Shown here: one piece after another, positions 62,976 to 64,000 of the stretch
How the letters are laid out: every line of letters begins with the position of its first letter
Position numbering within the stretch: position 1 is the first letter of the stretch
Source of the DNA: Naegleria gruberi
Taxonomy: Eukaryota
Assembly (NCBI GenBank): GCA_000004985.1
Contig: GG738848.1
Direction: 5' to 3' (one strand)
Length of the DNA: 64,000 nucleotides
Translations under genes and position numbers: made by a program
Notes under the pieces: generated by a model
Seen by the model: only the letters and a program-made list of their open reading frames with translations
Database searches by the model: none
Told to the model about the DNA's origin: nothing

Positions 62976-63791
62976 CTAAGGAAGCAAACTATTGGTAGTG
63001 TCTTTTCTTTCAAACCATGTACTCTTAATCCAAATTATTCTATTACAAATAACAGCAATTATCATGGCAATACATCCCAAAGACCAAATTACTTCTCCTG
63101 TAATTTCCAAAGATCTTTCATTAACTAAAAAGCAACCTGAACCAATTGTGAATAATAAACTACTTGTAATATTCAATAAATAAGCAGATAAATCAATTGA
63201 CATGAATGTAAAACATTTTACATTGATATCCATTCCATTCCTAGCAGATTTAATGATATCCACTTGTTTTACAATATATTGAATTATTGAAACAATTAAA
63301 TATGAAATAGCTCCAACAGACCAATTGACCTCTGCAATAATTACAATTAAAATAGGTGGATTCAACATGTATAACGAAGATCCAATTGTAAAAGTTAATC
63401 CTCCCAAAATTAAAAAGAAATCATTCACCATTTCCAAAATAATCATTTTCAATGGAGGTAAATCAGGAGGTCTATATGAACTAATATCTTGATGTAATTC
63501 ATGCATTTGATCTTTTAACCTTTTAGAACTTTCATTTTGTAAATTTGTAATTTCCTTCACTTTCTTCTCCCATCTGAAATGTCTAATTAAATTAATGACA
63601 TCAACCAAAGCCTTTCCCAATGGTCCAACAAGGAATAAAACTGATCCTATAATAAACAATAATATTCCCGAGAAGAAGAAGGTTACATTATTAGCAATCA
63701 ATAAACCACATCCAGCCACGAACAATGCTGCTCCAATCACAAACGAAATATCCAACAATGCAAAAGCAGCAATATTTAACCCTCTCATCAT
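62976..63791 (-). CDS. Hypothetical polytopic membrane protein with an internal duplication (two modules of about 3 TM each)
   Basis: The 271-aa ORF has TM clusters IAAFALLDISFVIGAALFVAGCGLLIANNVTFFFSGILLFIIGSVLFLVG and FFLILGGLTFTIGSSLYMLNPPILIVIIAEV...LLFTIGSGCFLV. The two halves share an F.IGS.L pattern. Confidence 0.4.
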   Translation of the reverse strand: MMRGLNIAAFALLDISFVIGAALFVAGCGLLIANNVTFFFSGILLFIIGSVLFLVGPLGKALVDVINLIRHFRWEKKVKEITNLQNESSKRLKDQMHELHQDISSYRPPDLPPLKMIILEMVNDFFLILGGLTFTIGSSLYMLNPPILIVIIAEVNWSVGAISYLIVSIIQYIVKQVDIIKSARNGMDINVKCFTFMSIDLSAYLLNITSSLLFTIGSGCFLVNERSLEITGEVIWSLGCIAMIIAVICNRIIWIKSTWFERKDTTNSLLP

Positions 63792-64000
63792 TATCAGAGT
63801 AGAGTTCTTCTGCTGATGATTCCCAACGAGAACAAGAATGGAAGAGGAAGGAATTTTGGAATTTTTTTCTCTTGTTTTGTTTGATTCTTCGTGTTCTTGT
63901 TTGATTGTTGTTGTAATATTCTGTTGGTGCTTCTTATTGTTGTTGACGATGGTCTTATTACTCCTGTGGAGAATTTCATGATGGAATTGTGAATGTTCAT

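Noticed and set aside
1-64000. Prokaryotic-style interpretation: operons, CRISPR arrays, IS elements, sigma-70 promoters and rho-independent terminators
   Set aside because: GTAAGT...AG introns that restore reading frames, eukaryote-specific genes (eRF1, epsilon-COP, ribophorin, Clp1, GRIP golgin, Skp1), eukaryotic-type tRNAs and the absence of Shine-Dalgarno-linked gene strings show this is nuclear eukaryotic DNA. No direct-repeat/spacer arrays were seen.
63794-64000. A 68-aa minus-strand ORF at the right edge, basic and S/T/N-rich, immediately upstream of the polytopic membrane-protein gene
   Set aside because: It is in a different frame from the downstream gene, with multiple stops between them. 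The window is truncated here, so it cannot be evaluated. It is probably a 5' UTR or uORF artefact.

Overview
This window reads as eukaryotic nuclear DNA. It is AT-rich (roughly two-thirds A+T by eye) and very gene-dense: about 40 protein-coding genes and 2 tRNA genes in 64 kb. Most genes are single long ORFs, but a minority carry short spliceosomal introns (about 40-140 nt, GTAAGT...AG, plus one GC-AG). I reconstructed these introns by hand from frame breaks between adjacent ORFs. Intergenic spacers are short, and several convergent gene pairs abut or overlap at their stop codons.

Recognisable housekeeping genes:
- eRF1 (2588..3904, -)
- ribophorin I (4372..6231, -)
- lysyl-tRNA synthetase (30818..32779, +)
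- Clp1 (32834..34090, -)
- arginyl-tRNA-protein transferase (18603..20246, -)
- epsilon-COP (25945..26847, +)
- an Spg1/Tem1-like GTPase (47996..48583, -)
- a seven-exon Rab GTPase (38200..39324, +)
- the N-terminal part of tripeptidyl-peptidase II running off the left edge (1..532, -)

The signalling and membrane repertoire includes:
- a two-TM receptor-type class III nucleotidyl cyclase
- a C2-PH-RasGAP
- a GRIP-domain golgin
- a UDP-glycosyltransferase
- an LRR protein

Together with codon usage, this suggests an amoebozoan (dictyostelid-like) or similar AT-rich protist, but that is inference only. I found no CRISPR arrays, transposons, rRNA or prokaryotic operon structure.

The most unusual loci are:
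- an intronless 1174-aa single-chain fusion of an SbcD/Mre11-type phosphoesterase to a complete SbcC/Rad50-type ATPase with a CxxC zinc hook
- a truncated Skp1-like domain spliced onto a DUF4116-like repeat array
- a GPI-anchored homologue of bacterial periplasmic amino-acid-binding proteins
- a small SLOG/DprA-like Rossmann protein
- a J-protein gene with a GC-AG intron
- several ORF-free, GC-richer islands that could hold ncRNAs
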